This document shows, in pieces, positions 11,030 through 24,584 of a stretch of DNA of 64,000 nt. The stretch covers positions 21,660,534-21,724,533 of the forward strand of contig CM120644.1 of the NCBI GenBank assembly GCA_051362555.1, written 5' to 3'. The notes beneath the pieces were generated by a model that did no database searches, was not told where the DNA came from, and saw only the letters and a list, made by a program, of their open reading frames with translations. The DNA comes from Lingula anatina. Taxonomy: Eukaryota > Animalia > Brachiopoda. The first letter of the stretch is position 1; the number at the start of each line of letters is the position of its first letter. The position numbers and the translations under genes are program-made.

Positions 11030-13975
11030 ATGACATGCACTGGACTTAGAAATGGATGAAATTCTGCCCTTGAATTATAAAAAAGTTATTATTCGTAGAC
11101 TTAATGGTGTTTGGAGCTAGATTAGTAAATATGAAACTTGGGAATTCTGGCACAATTTTATACATGGGACTATTTTGCTTATGTGTCATACTATCTAGCT
11201 ATTCGTACTGGGAACTGGTCACTAAGAAGGGTTTGTTGTCAACATAAACTGGGCACCCTTACAGTAGTATTGCACACGAAATCTGCATTAATAGGGATAT
11301 AAAATAAGAAAATAATAAACTCTCCCTCAGAGAGTTTGTTCAATAGGATGATTTACTACCTTCCCTTTAGAGCTAAGGTCTTAAAAATCATTGAAAACAT
11401 TATTCCACATGGTAAAAAAACAAGAATTACCATACAAACAAACTGCTGTTAAGTTACAGTTTGAAAAAAAAAAAAAAAAAAACATTATCTAAAGTACATA
11501 AGTGCAAGCCAGTGTTCACTGTTTAGTGTCAACATTGATTTAATAAACGATGCCAATAAAATCCCACTTATACACATTTTTACAAAAGGAGTGGCAAACA
11601 AAAACCAGCGTCAGGATTTGTTGAACTTTCTTTATGTAGGTAATAAAAAATATGGAAAGTTTCTCAAATATAAGATATTAAAACAAGATGAATTACAAGA
11701 AAGAGACATTTTGCATACTTTTAGTACAAAATTGGAGAACAGTTCAATTAAAAAACGACAAATGGATTATCAAAAACTTTCAACTGATAGCTTTAGGAAA
11801 AAAGGGCAAAAAAAAAGGGGGGGGGGGGGGGAGACTACCAGTAAATGTTCAACAAATTATACCAATACCTTTGGCTATATGTGGAGAAGATGGATCCCCT
11901 TATAAAGGAAATAAAGTCTTTTTCCACAGGCTTTTAACATAGCGTTCCCTAAGGAACTTACTTATTACTAGCGTAGTTCTTGATGCAATGTTTTAGGTTA
12001 GATCAACCCCCGTATCATAACATAAAACTTTCAAACAATATGCACAATCTTTTTACAATCAGATATTGTAGAAATTCACATCATTTTTGACAAACCAGTC
12101 TATAAAAATATTTTCCTAAACAAGTTGAACGTGAAAGGAGAGATAAGGGCTCCTTAGGATTAAATGTGGAAGAAATCACCAACAGTCTGGCATAAGAATT
12201 GCCTACCTTGGTGATACGGTAATTCTCCAATCTATACGAACGATTTAAATTAATTATTTTTGGAAGATAATCATTTTGTTCGTAAGTCTTGAAATTCAGT
12301 CTGCTAAAAATTGCCACGCGTTCGTATCCATTGAAATACGGATGGAATACGGCTGTACCTGAAGTTATTTCCACTTACCTACATTGCTAAGTGTAAGCAT
12401 TACTTTCAGATTAAATCACTGTGATCAGCTAAAAGCACAAACAAATTATTCTTGCGATATTGCAATGAATTAAAACAAACTAAACAAAAGTCAGGAATTC
12501 AAGTTAAAAAACAATTTCTTCATACTAAAGAGGTACATTTCTCCCAAGACAAGACAACATCGTTTTTCCCTGTTATGTTTTACCAAGACAGGACAACATC
12601 GTTTTTCCCAACTTCTGTCAAAAACAGACATGAATATTTTCGTATCCAGTTGCATATTTTATTTATTGCGTGTTTACTTTTAATATGATTTCACATATAG
12701 AAAATGTGCAATATTAATAATGTCACCCCCCCCCCCCCCCCATTAGGCCTACATAAATTTCTCCCGCCAAAACAAAATACTTGAAACTCCTCACAGTAGA
12801 TATCACTGACGTTAATAGAGATTTATACTTGATATAAAAAATAACATCAGCTCAATTCAAGTCTATTTATGAAAGTCTTATACAGCATATTAATTTGCAC
12901 GCAATCAATGTAAACTTAATTAGAAAAAATACAGAAAACTGCAGGCAAATTTGTAAAAGGTCATACGGCACCTTTATTTTTCACAATCACTAATATCAGT
13001 AAGGTTTACCTAATAGTTGTTCATGAGACAAGGTCTTTAACAAGGAAAAACAAACAAACAAACAAACAAACAAACAAAAAGTACATTAACTTTATCACAA
13101 CTCCAATTAGAAAAATAAATACAATACAAGACAGAACTCCTCTTAAAAAATTAATTTCCTGATGACTACCAAAAACAAATGAAAAACTCGATCATTGACA
13201 ATGGATTTCTCATACTCTTCTGTTGTGCGTGGGTTTCAAGTTTATAGATTTTACTAGAAACCAGTTATCGGTGAAACACTGATGGTGGATGTTGATGATC
13301 CAGTCGGCCGGCAGAAGTTAAGAAATGATAATAAACAGTAAGTAATTTATGCGTAATGATGCTGTCAATAATTTCTCAATAACAATAGGGTTTTAAAACT
13401 ACTGGCCTGTAGCTGCCGGCGGGCAGGTTGAGTCCTCCTATCGTCTCATTCAAAAACAGCACAAATACATGATAACAATCTCTCCTGTCAAGTGGCAGTT
13501 CCTTTGTTTGGAACGGTGGTCTGAAAACTCGCTTTGACGAATCATGGGGCGAGTTTCAATCGGGCACACTTTCTTGCGTTCGGAAAATTTAAATTGTGCC
13601 CAAGGTGAGTTTAGCGATCGTTCGTACAGAACGGAGACAAAAAATTCAGATTCAGAGAAAAAACGTTTCGTTCGTAATTATTGCGGCGTTCGTATAGATT
13701 AGAGAATTACCGTACCTTATTGCAGCTTCACTGTGAGCAATTACACTAAGATAGGTGAACTAGGTTGTATGTAGCTGGTAGTTTTAATGATCTATGCAGG
13801 GTAGCTGTAAATGTTCTGTTAAGGTCTTAGGAGGATGCTTTACTAAGTTCAAACCACGAAGAAGGGGACAGTTTAGTCTGGCTTCACAATCTGAATAGTT
13901 CACAAAACAATGGGATAATCTTATCACCAGATACTGATGTACTAGAAATAGGACTTGGTTTATATGATAGCAGAA
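11030..13975 (+). mobile_element. Decayed large-ORF element with PIN/FEN1-like motifs ('HEEGD' family), copy 1, interrupted by a Tc1/pogo-type element
   Basis: Frameshifted pieces YLAIRTGNW (~11192), NQRQDLLNF (~11603), PLAICGEDGSPYKGNK (~11868), VVLDAMF and SSNHEEGDSLVWLH...ILSPDTDVLEIGL (~13846-13955). Confidence 0.65.
12217..13712. mobile_element. Non-autonomous Tc1/mariner (pogo/Tigger-like) element, ~1.5 kb
   Basis: 26-bp TIR CGGTAATTCTC(C/T)AATCTATACGAACG at both ends, with TA duplicated at 12215-12216 and 13713-13714. Confidence 0.9.
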
Positions 13976-15429
13976 AGTACCGAGATAAAAGACATCTTGA
14001 TAAAAATAAGTTGTAAATTGTATGAGGAAACAATGTTAATGTTAAAAAGGTGCATGACTAAAAAGGTGAATGATCCCAGCTTGAATAGGTTAGATAGAAA
14101 GGAACAGAGGGCATTGGAGGTGAAACGTAGAAAAGAGAAGAAGGAAGAAGAGAAAAGAAAGAAAACAGAGAGGAATGTAGTAGAGGGAAATTTCTCCCTT
14201 GAAGAACCTTGAGAAGGAACCGAGGCACCAAATACACCCTTTAGACCGGCACCGATCTGCAGCATTTGCAACGGTATGGAGCCACCATGCAGTAGCACCA
14301 CTGATGTGGTGGAGGAGGTGTAAGAATTTTTATGTTACGTTGTTTGTAACGTGCAAGAACATATCACTTGCGTTAAAACCCCTACATTTTTGGACATTTT
14401 CCTGTGTTATAACTGCTGGAATTTATCTCAGTAAGGGACAAACATTGGTTGAGTTCTTTTGTTTTATTTTATTTTTTTAAAAGATTTATATTGTTTTTTT
14501 CTTATTTATACTGCAAAAGTAAACATACAAGTGATATGTTCTTGTGTGTTACAAACAACGCAACGGTTAACTTCTAGTGGGCTGGACATTGTTTTCCGTT
14601 ACAGAGCCGTAAATATACTGTTACATATATACACAAAAATATTGTGCATGACAGTCCTGGCTGCACGGCAGTGTAATGCAGCGGAATTACCCCTGGGTGG
14701 AGCCAGGTGAAGGTGCTTCTGGGGAGGAAGATTGTGAACAATCCAGCAGCGTTGCCATCAATCCAAGATCTGTATGCCCAACGACAAATGTACAGCAATG
14801 TTCTTCATCTGGTGGATATAATTTTAACACTACCACTCTTCTGCTGTTTGTGAAAGTGGCTTATCATCTATAAAGCAAATCGAGTCAAACTAGAAATTCA
14901 GTCTGAAAACTGACACAGCATCAGATCTGCTAGGTGTTTCCACTGAAGGCCCTTCTTAAGAGGATAATAATGCATACTGCTCTATTTAGCAAAAAGTGAC
15001 TTTTATCTTTGTGTGTGCAGCTACATACAATAGTTTGATGTGCATGAAATTGCTGTGAAAATTGTGAAAGTCTCAGTTAATACAGTAGATACAGTTCCAA
15101 TTTATAAACATTAAATTTCAGTCAATTAAAGGGGCAGTCAGTCTGTTAAAAGTGCAGAAAAATGCCATGAAGTAACCAGTGGCATGAAATTTAGAATTTT
15201 TTTTTAATGAAAAGAGAAAAAAATTAAATTACTGTCCTTGAATTGACTTCAAAATTTATTTGTAAAGACTGCAATGTAAAGCTGGGTGAAAGCTCTACTA
15301 AAGATCACAAACTTATCTTAAATTACTGTCTGAATTCGGACTTTTTCAGGTTTAACCTAAATTATTACTCCATATTCTAATGGATTTTATTTCCGGTGAT
15401 AAGAACAAAATGTCTAAAATTGAATGGAA

Positions 15430-15574
15430 TATCCATAATATTGCCATCAACAGAGGAGACCCACTTCCCCGTGACGATGGGCAGCAGCGTCCCCCAAGCG
15501 ACATGGGCATCATATATCAGGGTCCAAATGATGGACGGGCATTTAGGGACCATATTGCTCAAAAATACTTCTAG
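15430..15574 (+). mobile_element. Harbinger nuclease extreme C-terminus
   Basis: IHNIAINRGDPLP...DGRAFRDHIAQKYF* matches the LHNIA...G..R..I...F ending of HARBI1-like proteins. Confidence 0.7.
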
Positions 15575-15799
15575 AGCATTAAAATTGTCAAGTGTTACTC
15601 CTTTGGCATGAGGTGTATTTTGAAAAAGTTATTGTATTATATCCAAAGTAAGTCAGTAAACAAACGCATAAAGATCTATCATCAGAAACGAAAGCAATCA
15701 AACACAAATGCTGCACTACAATGGACAATCTCTTAAAAACGCATGATGTTCTTTGCCAAATTCACCAAGAAAAAGAAGAACAAAAGTTAACCACGGGAA

Positions 15800-16110
15800 A
15801 GGCTCTTAAAAACGCATGATTTCCTTTGCCAAATTCACCAAGAAAAAGAAGAACCATAGCTGTAAAACTTGCGACAAAAACTGCACTTGTATCACCAAAG
15901 TCCTCAATAACAGTTGGGAACCCTTGCACTGACCAGAGAGTGAAGAAAGAAGTGTTAGACTTTTACTGTAGGGATGAAACCTCTTGGCGGGTTCCTGGGT
16001 GTAAAGACGGATATTATTTGTAGAAGTGATAGAAATGGAGAAAAGAAGATGACAGACTTGCAAACTCGATATATGCTTACCTCGCTTTCTGAAGCATATG
16101 AAAATTATTG
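15800..16110 (+). mobile_element. DNA transposon transposase N-terminal fragment (Sola-like, tentative)
   Basis: LPNSPRKRRTIAVKLA...VLDFYCRDETSWRVPGCKD...LQTRYMLTSLSEAY resembles an FYxRDxxSxxxPGxKD motif I recall from invertebrate transposases; the superfamily is uncertain. Confidence 0.45.
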
Positions 16111-16635
16111 TAAGACAGTTGCTACTGACAAAAAAGAAAAAAAAAAACTACAGTACCCTGTTTTGCAACAAAGAATTGTTTGTCTTGTACATTTTAATGC
16201 AATGTGTTACACATCGCCGCCATGGACGACGTGCTGCATCATGTGTGGCCAATGACGTGGCTCACGCGTGGAGGCCATGATGCTCTCTGCATCTTTTGAT
16301 GCTGTAGTTTTGTTTTGTTTGATGTTCCGTGAGCTGGTTTATTCTGTTATGAAGTGTAATTCACAATATTTGACGTTCTTGTAGCTTCTTAATTCTCTAC
16401 TACTATGTTATTACTTATTAATGTTATTACTTCTCTTCATTCAATAACCCTATAAATAGAACTCTGTTTCACTCATCTTCTTTATGTAAGTGCATGATAA
16501 AAGGCTAGTCAGAGTCTGAGTGTACACAGGGAACTAACAGTAACTGTTCTTCTTTTCATTAGACCACAGCACATCCACAGGGTGCTCTGGAAGCCTTATT
16601 TCTATTCTTAATTTTATTTCCAAGAATAAATTTAG

Positions 16636-18867
16636 TGTAACGTCTCCCCCCCCTTCTGTTTTGCATTCCAATACAACATCTTCACCTTATCCCTTCAGAA
16701 ATTCACTTTGGAAGGGTATGTTAGCGGTTAAGTACCTGCCCTCCACTTTTACTTGATTCCCCCTACTACAATTATTTCCGTCAATTGTAAGAAACTTTAC
16801 TCTAAAGATGACAAAACTACAGTGCATCGACAATGCATGGAAGCCGCCATATATGCCACTTCATGTTGACCTATGCCGTACGCAAAGCTCTTGCTTTGCG
16901 CGACTGATGACATCGCCGCGTCAGAGTATAAATAGAGTGGCGCGCTGTATGAAAAAAAAAAAAAACGTTTTCACAGATTGGAGTACAGAGAGAGTGTTTT
17001 CACAGATTGGAGTACAGAGAGAGCGTTTTTCACAGATTCAAGTACAGACTAAGACCAGACTTAGAAGAGAGTTATCAGTAAGCCTTAGGGCAGCCCCTAG
17101 GGGCTAGCCCGCTCTGTTTTTCTTCTCATTTTTAGGGGGGTCTTATTAAAGAGATTTAAATGTTTGGTAGATTGAACTATAGATTATAACTGCATTTGTT
17201 CCATTGCTAGATTGACGTAGAAGTTTTACGGAAACCTTATTCCCATGTAGCCCCAGTTTTCAATACTAACTAGAACAGTTTATACTGAGTCCGATTATGG
17301 ACACAGACTAGTTAAGTTTGTTATAGCTACTGCAGTTGTTTTATTGACAGCAGTAAGTATTGAAGTTCGTTATTTTCACAGCCATCAATTCCTTGACAGC
17401 AGTGAGTAGTTAAGGTAAAACATGGGCAGTTTTAATTTATCATTTCATTTTCGCTTATTTTCTTAATTTCTAATCATTCCATGTTGTCATAAAAAAAAGC
17501 CGGCCAGGTCCGGGACGCCATAGTAGAGCGGACGTCCACTTGGGTCTGATGCCGAGTTCCAGCCCAAGAGTGTTCCTCCAGTGTGAAGGGAGTCGAGTTA
17601 CCCCGTGTGAAGGGGCAGATTTTGCTTTTGTTCTTTTAGTTCAGTATGTCCATCCGGAGGAGTAGAGTGGATGCCAGCTGACTGTGACCTTAGAAACGGA
17701 GACGTGGTGAAGATTGTCCAACCCCTGCCAAGGGACGCAAGGCCATAGCGGGCCGATCCCTTACAGTGCTTCCCTGCGAACCCCCGTCCCCACCCATGCG
17801 AGTACGGAGATTTCACACGGAACAGACGGTGCCCAGGGAGTGGAAAATGTGGGCTTCTGATATGTGAAGATTAACCTTGCTCTTTCCGTGCCAATGATCA
17901 CTGGTCCCGAGTCAAAGGGTTTCATCGCCGCCAAGATCTCCACCGATTGGTTTGAAGGCCGCGGCGATCCCCTGCGCCCTCGTCACTGGTGACCGGAAAG
18001 ATTGTCAGTATTGAGTTGGTTTCACTTGACCTGCACCCTTGCGTATTTCTGGTAGAGAGAATCGCCGTATCCACATCAGAGCTGGTGAAGCTGGAATGGG
18101 GCTGTCGGGAGAGGGTGCACACCGAGAGCTGACTTGGATTCCCCTAGCGACTGCGGCCGTGCGATGCGGTATGAACTCCCTACCATGAGGCCAACATCTT
18201 GAAGAGAGAATTACAAAACGGAGAGCACCACGGAGATGAGTGACACTAAGAAAATAATGTGTTTAAGCCCGTCGGCGGTTAGTGCTGAGATCATTTCTTG
18301 ACCAATTCACTATAAGCCGTCGGGTTTGTCGCCAGCCACGACGCTACCTTAAGATTGACTACGTACGATAATCCATATGAGAAGACACGCGATCTACCGG
18401 AAACGCTGGGCTACCCATAGGAAGACTACGCAAGCCACAACGCTACCATAAGATGACTACATACGATAATCCATATGAGAAGGTACACGATCTACCGGAA
18501 CCGCTGCACTACACATAAGAAGACTACACGAGCCACGACACTACCAGAAATGTCTTCGTTGTCTTCGTTTTACTACCCAGATGCTGTCGGCGTGCGCAAC
18601 ATTTGAAATTTCTGAACTTTAATGACCATAAGTCACGTCAAAGGATACTTGGAAATGCATGAACTATTGTGGCCATAAGTCACGTTTATATTGCATGAAT
18701 TTTTGTATTCAATATTTGGAGATTTAATAATCATATTGGAAATGTGATACATGTCTTTTTATTTCCGAAGGTTGGGGATAGACTTTCCCCAAAATACAGG
18801 TAACATCAATCCCACACCGCGTCGGGGTGTCATCGCGATTCGAGGCGAACGGACGCGTCGCGTTACA
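16636..18867 (+). mobile_element. TGT..ACA-bounded LTR-like element, copy B (longer)
   Basis: TGTAACG ... CGTTACA termini, TATAAATAG at ~16927, a GC-rich internal block at 17495-18230 and a ~99-bp imperfect tandem repeat at ~18334-18545. It interrupts a sequence that is intact at 25976-26199. Confidence 0.75.
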
Positions 18868-19659
18868 TTGCTGGCAGCTAATAGGAACACCCCTTGACAA
18901 GTACCCAAGTTCCCTGCATAGATGGAGAAGAAGACCAGCCAAGCCAAATTAAAAATTATCTTTAAAATACCAAGTGTTGTTCTATCCAGCTTACATTATT
19001 AGATGTGTAAAAGTGTATTCTGAAGACTCTAAAGGGTTATGCCAATCAAAATTTCAAAGTTTACGGAAAAAGCTGAACGCCAGGAGATTTTTAAAAAAAA
19101 AAATGCATGCAGTGACATAATGAAAAATTTTCTTTGCTTACTTCTTTAGAAATATTCCTTTCTCTTGGTATCCAATTTCCCTCATTGAATTAATAGATGG
19201 TTTTCTTATTATTAATATTATTACTATGGTTTATAGATATTAACCAATAAATATTTATTGTCATTGGCAACCATTATTGATGCTTTAAAAAGTTTGAGTA
19301 GGTTTGGTGATGATGCACTTTCTTTCTTGTAAATTGCCGTAATTTCACACTACTAATATATTCATACTGTATCGGTACCATTATTTCTTTAAATATAGCT
19401 ATAGACACATCTTTCAATTTGATTTAATTGAAAAGTCAAATCAATTTTACTTTGTTGGTTGTAAAAAAGAAAGAAAGAAAAAAAAACAGTATTGTGACAG
19501 ATACTGACACATACATTGATTGTGGCTGTTAATAAAAGAAACTTCTGTTTTGAATTTTGAACCTCCCCTTTTTTTAGAGGCATATATATATAGGTTAATT
19601 TCATTGCTCAAATACAATATATCAAAACCAGTTTAGACGGCTCACTCTCTTCCCTTTAC

Positions 19660-20993
19660 CAGTCTTCGACGTTAAGCGGTGGACCATGGACCGAGTCCAC
19701 TAAATTTTCCGTCGGTCCAGTAAATATTGAAATTTAAGTGGACCGACGGTCCAGCTAAAATATTGAGAGATGCATGGGTTGCGTTGAGCAAAATTTAGAG
19801 CACATAAAATCAAATAAAAATTGTGTTATCTTCGCGAATATATAGTCTAAAGGGTTGTGATAACGCGAGCCATAACCAAAATAAAATGAGTGTGGCAGAT
19901 GAGCCCAAACACAATGGTTGTGTGCAATGTGAGCTTTGAGAATTCTGATTGGTCAATTATATTGGGTCATCCAATCACGGTCTTGAAAGTGTGAACCACG
20001 AGGTTTTACGAAATGGCGTTCCTGAAGCATTTTGCAAAACCCAGAGTAAAAAGAAAAGTGTTAGATCTATAAAGTCAAGAGTACGAACGAAAAAGGATAG
20101 GGAAGTTTCAAAGTTCGTGGCAGCACAGTTTTTCCTGGCTTGTGTATGACACCGAGGCTAACACCATGCATTGTAAAATCTGCCGAAGTCTGAAAAATGA
20201 TTCTGGTGGGGATTCCCCCTTTATCGCGGGAACGTCAAATTTTAAGATAGATGTTGTTAGGCTACATGCAGCATGTAAACAACACCAGCGGAATTCTGAA
20301 CTTATCGCAGCAAAATCTACGCCCATTTCCCAGAGTGTAGCGGCAGACTGCCTGGGGAAACTGAAGTTTGAGTTTCAATTTGTTTAAGACATTTTGTAAA
20401 CTGGACACGGCCAAAGGCCTTGATGTTGGCACTTCTAACACCACTGACAAGTCCGCTGCACAATTTGTGTCTGCTATCGCAAATGTGGAAAGGAGAAGGG
20501 TAATTCAGAAGATTGAATCATGCAAATTTTTGAGCTTAACTATGGATGTGATATTCTGGGAGGTTTGTCACTTTATGTGTTTTTTTACTTAAATTAAATC
20601 AAGACATTGCTGTTATAATAAAATGTTATTGCTGTGTGAATACTTATGAAATGTTTTCAAATAAAATTATCAAAATTTAATAGTCACTTTTTATTAAGTA
20701 AGGTTATGTATTATTTCTTTTTTTATTCTGTATTATTATCATTTATTTAATTATTTATTTATTTATAATTAAATTATTGCCAATTTCATTTACTATAAAC
20801 ATCTCATCTTTTTTTAGAATAAATAAATAAATAAATAAATAAATTTGGTACAAAAACATCAGCCTTATTTATTATTTTCTTTTAAACCAAAAATTATTAG
20901 AATTGGTCCAGTAAAAGTTGGTTCGGTCCAGTAGGAATTGCAGTCTTGGTGGACCAAATGTCCACTAATTAAAAAATTTATTCGTGAAGACTG
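19660..20993 (+). mobile_element. hAT deletion derivative with ZNF862-like zinc finger
   Basis: TIRs CAGTCTTC(G)ACG / CGTGAAGACTG, GGTCCA subterminal repeats and a flanking CTTTAC duplication. Internal WQHSFSWLVYDTEANTMHCKICR...FIAGTSNFKIDVVRLHAACKQH and FCKLDTAKGLDVG...FLSLTMD. Confidence 0.88.
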
Positions 20994-21035
20994 CTTTACT
21001 TCCCCAGCAAGCAGTGTGCCTACACAGTTCAACAG

Positions 21036-21237
21036 TCACAATGTTTTAATTGTTGGGGATTCTATGTTAACTAATCTTAAAGAAAACTTTTCTTCATTTT
21101 TGGACCTTCACACCACAATATTATCAATTTACGGTGCCAAAACTGAGTAGGTTTATTCAGGCATACAAAAAGCAAACCTGTCTCTTGCGAATTATAAAAT
21201 TTTGGTATTGCATGTCGGCACCAATAACATCAAATTT
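21036..21237 (+). mobile_element. SGNH/GDSL esterase fragment (LINE ORF1-like)
   Basis: NVLIVGDSML...IYGAK...ILVLHVGTNNI contains the GDS and GTN blocks, with an internal stop. Confidence 0.75.
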
Positions 21238-21599
21238 GGTCAAAGTCAGATACACAAATACAAGGACAAGAGCATGGTATCACAACCCGTATTAAATTTG
21301 GAAGAATGCCAATCAAAATGCGGACTGGCAAAAAATAAAAATAAATAAATAATACATAAAAAAAAGTTGTGGTGGCACAGCAGTACCCAAGAGACTCTAC
21401 TGCTCATTTGTGGGGGCTCATTGCACAGCATTATGGACAACACTCCAAATTTAATTAAATGTTTCATTTGCTCTGGTACATCCTACATCTGATTCTCAAC
21501 CCAAAACCAAATCGTCACCCCTTTGAGAAATCGTATTAGTCCTGATCACTATGATGAAATCATGTGAGTGCAAATTATGCAAGATGATGTAAACATCAT

Positions 21600-23612
21600 T
21601 TCGTATACTTTATGCTAGAAACAGAGACTGTAATACCCTACAAACACATCTAACAGAAGTGTCACAGAAGCACCAAATTATTTGACACCAAAGCTTTTCC
21701 ACTTGGTCATTCAATCTGGAACTGTAGCTTTAGCTGAGGCCCATGAGACTTACATAAATAGGGATATTAAAAAGACTATTAATTGTCCTTCAGAATATGT
21801 TTTTTTCTAAGTTAGTTTACTATTTACCATATTAGGCTAGGGCACTGAAAAACTTGTATTTACTTCCAAAGAGTAAAAAAATATGAACTGCCATATAAGC
21901 AAAATACAGTTAAGTTACAGTGTGAAGAAAACACTAGGCATTATATAAGGTTCATTGAATCCAATCAGTGTTCTCTCTTTAATGTAGATGTAGATAGGTT
22001 AGGTGTAGAGGAGTGTTGATGAACACACTTGCACACAGGAAAAGGTCAATGAAAACCAAAGGCAGGATTTACTTAATTTCTTGGACTTCAACATTGATGA
22101 ATTTAACAAGTTTGTAAAATACACAAGAATCCTCAGCAGTATAATCCACCTAGACAGAGAAGAGGAATTTTCGAAGAGAAGTATTTGACTTTGACAGCTA
22201 TAGTGACTCTGAACTGCGTGCAAGGTTTTGTTTTGGCAAAGAAGGTATTAATTTGATAGAGAGAATGTTGGAAGAGGATCTGCAGCCTGCGACTGGCAGG
22301 AGCTGTTCTCTCTCATTGAGGGAACAAGTTCTCATTTTTTAGTGTTTTTAATGCCTGTGGCTCATATCTTCAAGTGGTTGGTGATACTATTGGTGTCGAC
22401 AAGAGCACAGTGTGCAGGGTTGTAAGAAAAGTGTCATTGGCCCTGTGCAGAAGAAAAGATCAATTCATTCAGTTCCCGATAGATCCTTGGGAGAAGGCCA
22501 CGATCCGGGGTGGCTTTTTTAGGACTGCCAGATTCCCTTGGGTCATCGGCTGTATGGACGGTACTCACATTAACTTGGGCCTGCATTCGTCAACAGAAAG
22601 AATTAGATCTACCACAGTATGAACGTTCAAGCTATATGTGACCACAAAGGTATTGATCTTTATTACATAATCAAAGCTTAAATATTATGAGCTCACCGTA
22701 AATAACACGTCCAACAAGTAGGCCCCTATTGACTGCAAAGTAAATAAAGACTAACATGATGGAATTAAGTGCTTTTAAGTAAATTTTATTTTCAACACCT
22801 TATCATATTCTATCTCATAAATATCCCCTGTTAAGCAAAAAAGAAATCAAAGAAGTGCATGTGGTATTTGATAAGCCAGGTGATGTAAATAATTTTTATC
22901 CTGAACATGGAGAGAGAGACAGATAGGGGTTCAGTAGTGTTAAACATAGATGAAATTACACATACAACTTCTCTTCATTATGTCTGGCATGATTTTCTAA
23001 AGAATAGGTCCAATAAAAGTAAATAATTAAATTATTTAGGCACAAATTTACTGCAGACTCACAGTGAACAGGAATACTTAGATAAAAATGCCAGACTAAG
23101 GCTGCTTAGATGGCATGTGTAAGATAGCTGTTCATGGAGGTATTATAGACAATCCTTCATTTAGTTCCAATCACAAAAGAGGGAGACAGTTTAGTATGGT
23201 TACAAAGTTTTGAAGATAATGTTATTATCCTTTCACCAGATATTGATGTCTTAGCAATAGGACTAATTACGTTTGTTTGATAGAAGAGAGTACAGAAATA
23301 AGCACATTTTGATTTAAGTAGGGCTGAAACCTTATGAGGGGATATTTATGTCGATGTAAAAAGTTGCATTATTGTATATGTACTGACCCTAATTTAGGCA
23401 GTTTAGATATGGAAAAGGTTGGTAAAATCATGCAGGTTTTATTTATTTCCTCAGGTTGTGATTTTGTTTCATTCTTCAGAGGATTTGGTAAGAAAAGGTT
23501 CTATACCACTTCCTATAGGTATGCAGACTTCATATCAGGAATGAGTGCCAAGAGATCTCTTAACCAAGTAGGCATAGGAGATTTTAAAAGTGGGCTTCAA
23601 ACATTTCTCTAA
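21600..23612 (+). mobile_element. Decayed 'HEEGD'-family large-ORF element, copy 2 (split by a Harbinger fragment)
   Basis: Pieces VALAEAHETYINRDIK, NQRQDLLNF (~22054), EVHVVFDKPG, SSNHK..DSLVWLQ, IILSPDIDVLAIGL and LFISSGCDFVSFFRGFGKK; paralogous to 11030-13975. Confidence 0.7.
22200..22650 (+). mobile_element. Harbinger (HARBI1-like) nuclease N-terminal half
   Basis: GSYLQVVGDTIGVDKSTVCRVVRKVSLAL...FPWVIGCMDGTHI...MNVQAICDHK, followed by a GT donor. Confidence 0.9.
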
Positions 23613-24584
23613 TATTTGTCTCAACAAGTGAAATAAGAGAATTAAAACAGGCTGTTTGGAAAAATACTAGAAAGATGTGAACCCAGTCCCAAACACACAC
23701 AAGACATACTTTGTGAAGGCTAATGTCCCACACAGCGTAATAGTAGGTGATGTTTCCGAAGGTGAGGTATTTAATGAGGTAGTCATCAGGTGTGACTCTG
23801 ACTCTTATACCTGTAGTTCCTCAGATACTGAAACAAGTGATAGCTCCTCAGAGAGTGAAGCAAATGCTAGTTCCTCAGAGAGTGAAGCCATGCAGTGATG
23901 ATGTTAATGATGGCCTTACATGTGGTACAGAAAATGTAGTACTAGGTAGTATCAAAGTCATTAAGCAGCATCATGCCTGTCATGAAGCAGCCATGGAAAA
24001 GTTCAGATCATACATTTCCAAACGTCACTATAGAATTGTGGGCGTTATGTTAAAATGCAATTTCTGCAAAGAAATCTAATTTCTAACACTTTTAAATGAC
24101 CACGCTTTCTAGCCAGTGAGCGCATTGCTACAAGGTTTGTTTTCTGTGGCCCTCTTACATTGATAGGAACAGAGCCTATTACTATTGAAGATTTTTCTGC
24201 TGTGGAAAAGGCCATCTCTGTTGTTAAGAAATATGTGAACAAGAAGTAATTTAACCTTTATTAGGTATTATTTGTTCAAGTTTTCCACCATATACTTTGC
24301 AGAAAGGAAAAATTTACCTCTTTATGAAAAAATGATTGTTTGTATACTAATTAGTTAGTTGATCATTCTGTTCAACTAAATAAAGTTGTTTTAAAATCTC
24401 CTTTTTTTGGTGAATCTTGAAATTCCAATACATATGTGAAAATAAGTTCTAAATTATATTTAATACAAAGCCTAAAGTTTTGAACATAACCAACTTTTTA
24501 CATCATTTTTCGATAATTTACATCATTACTTTCACAGATTATGTCCGTTACTTATGTCCGTTACCATCACCCAGCAATCAACAT

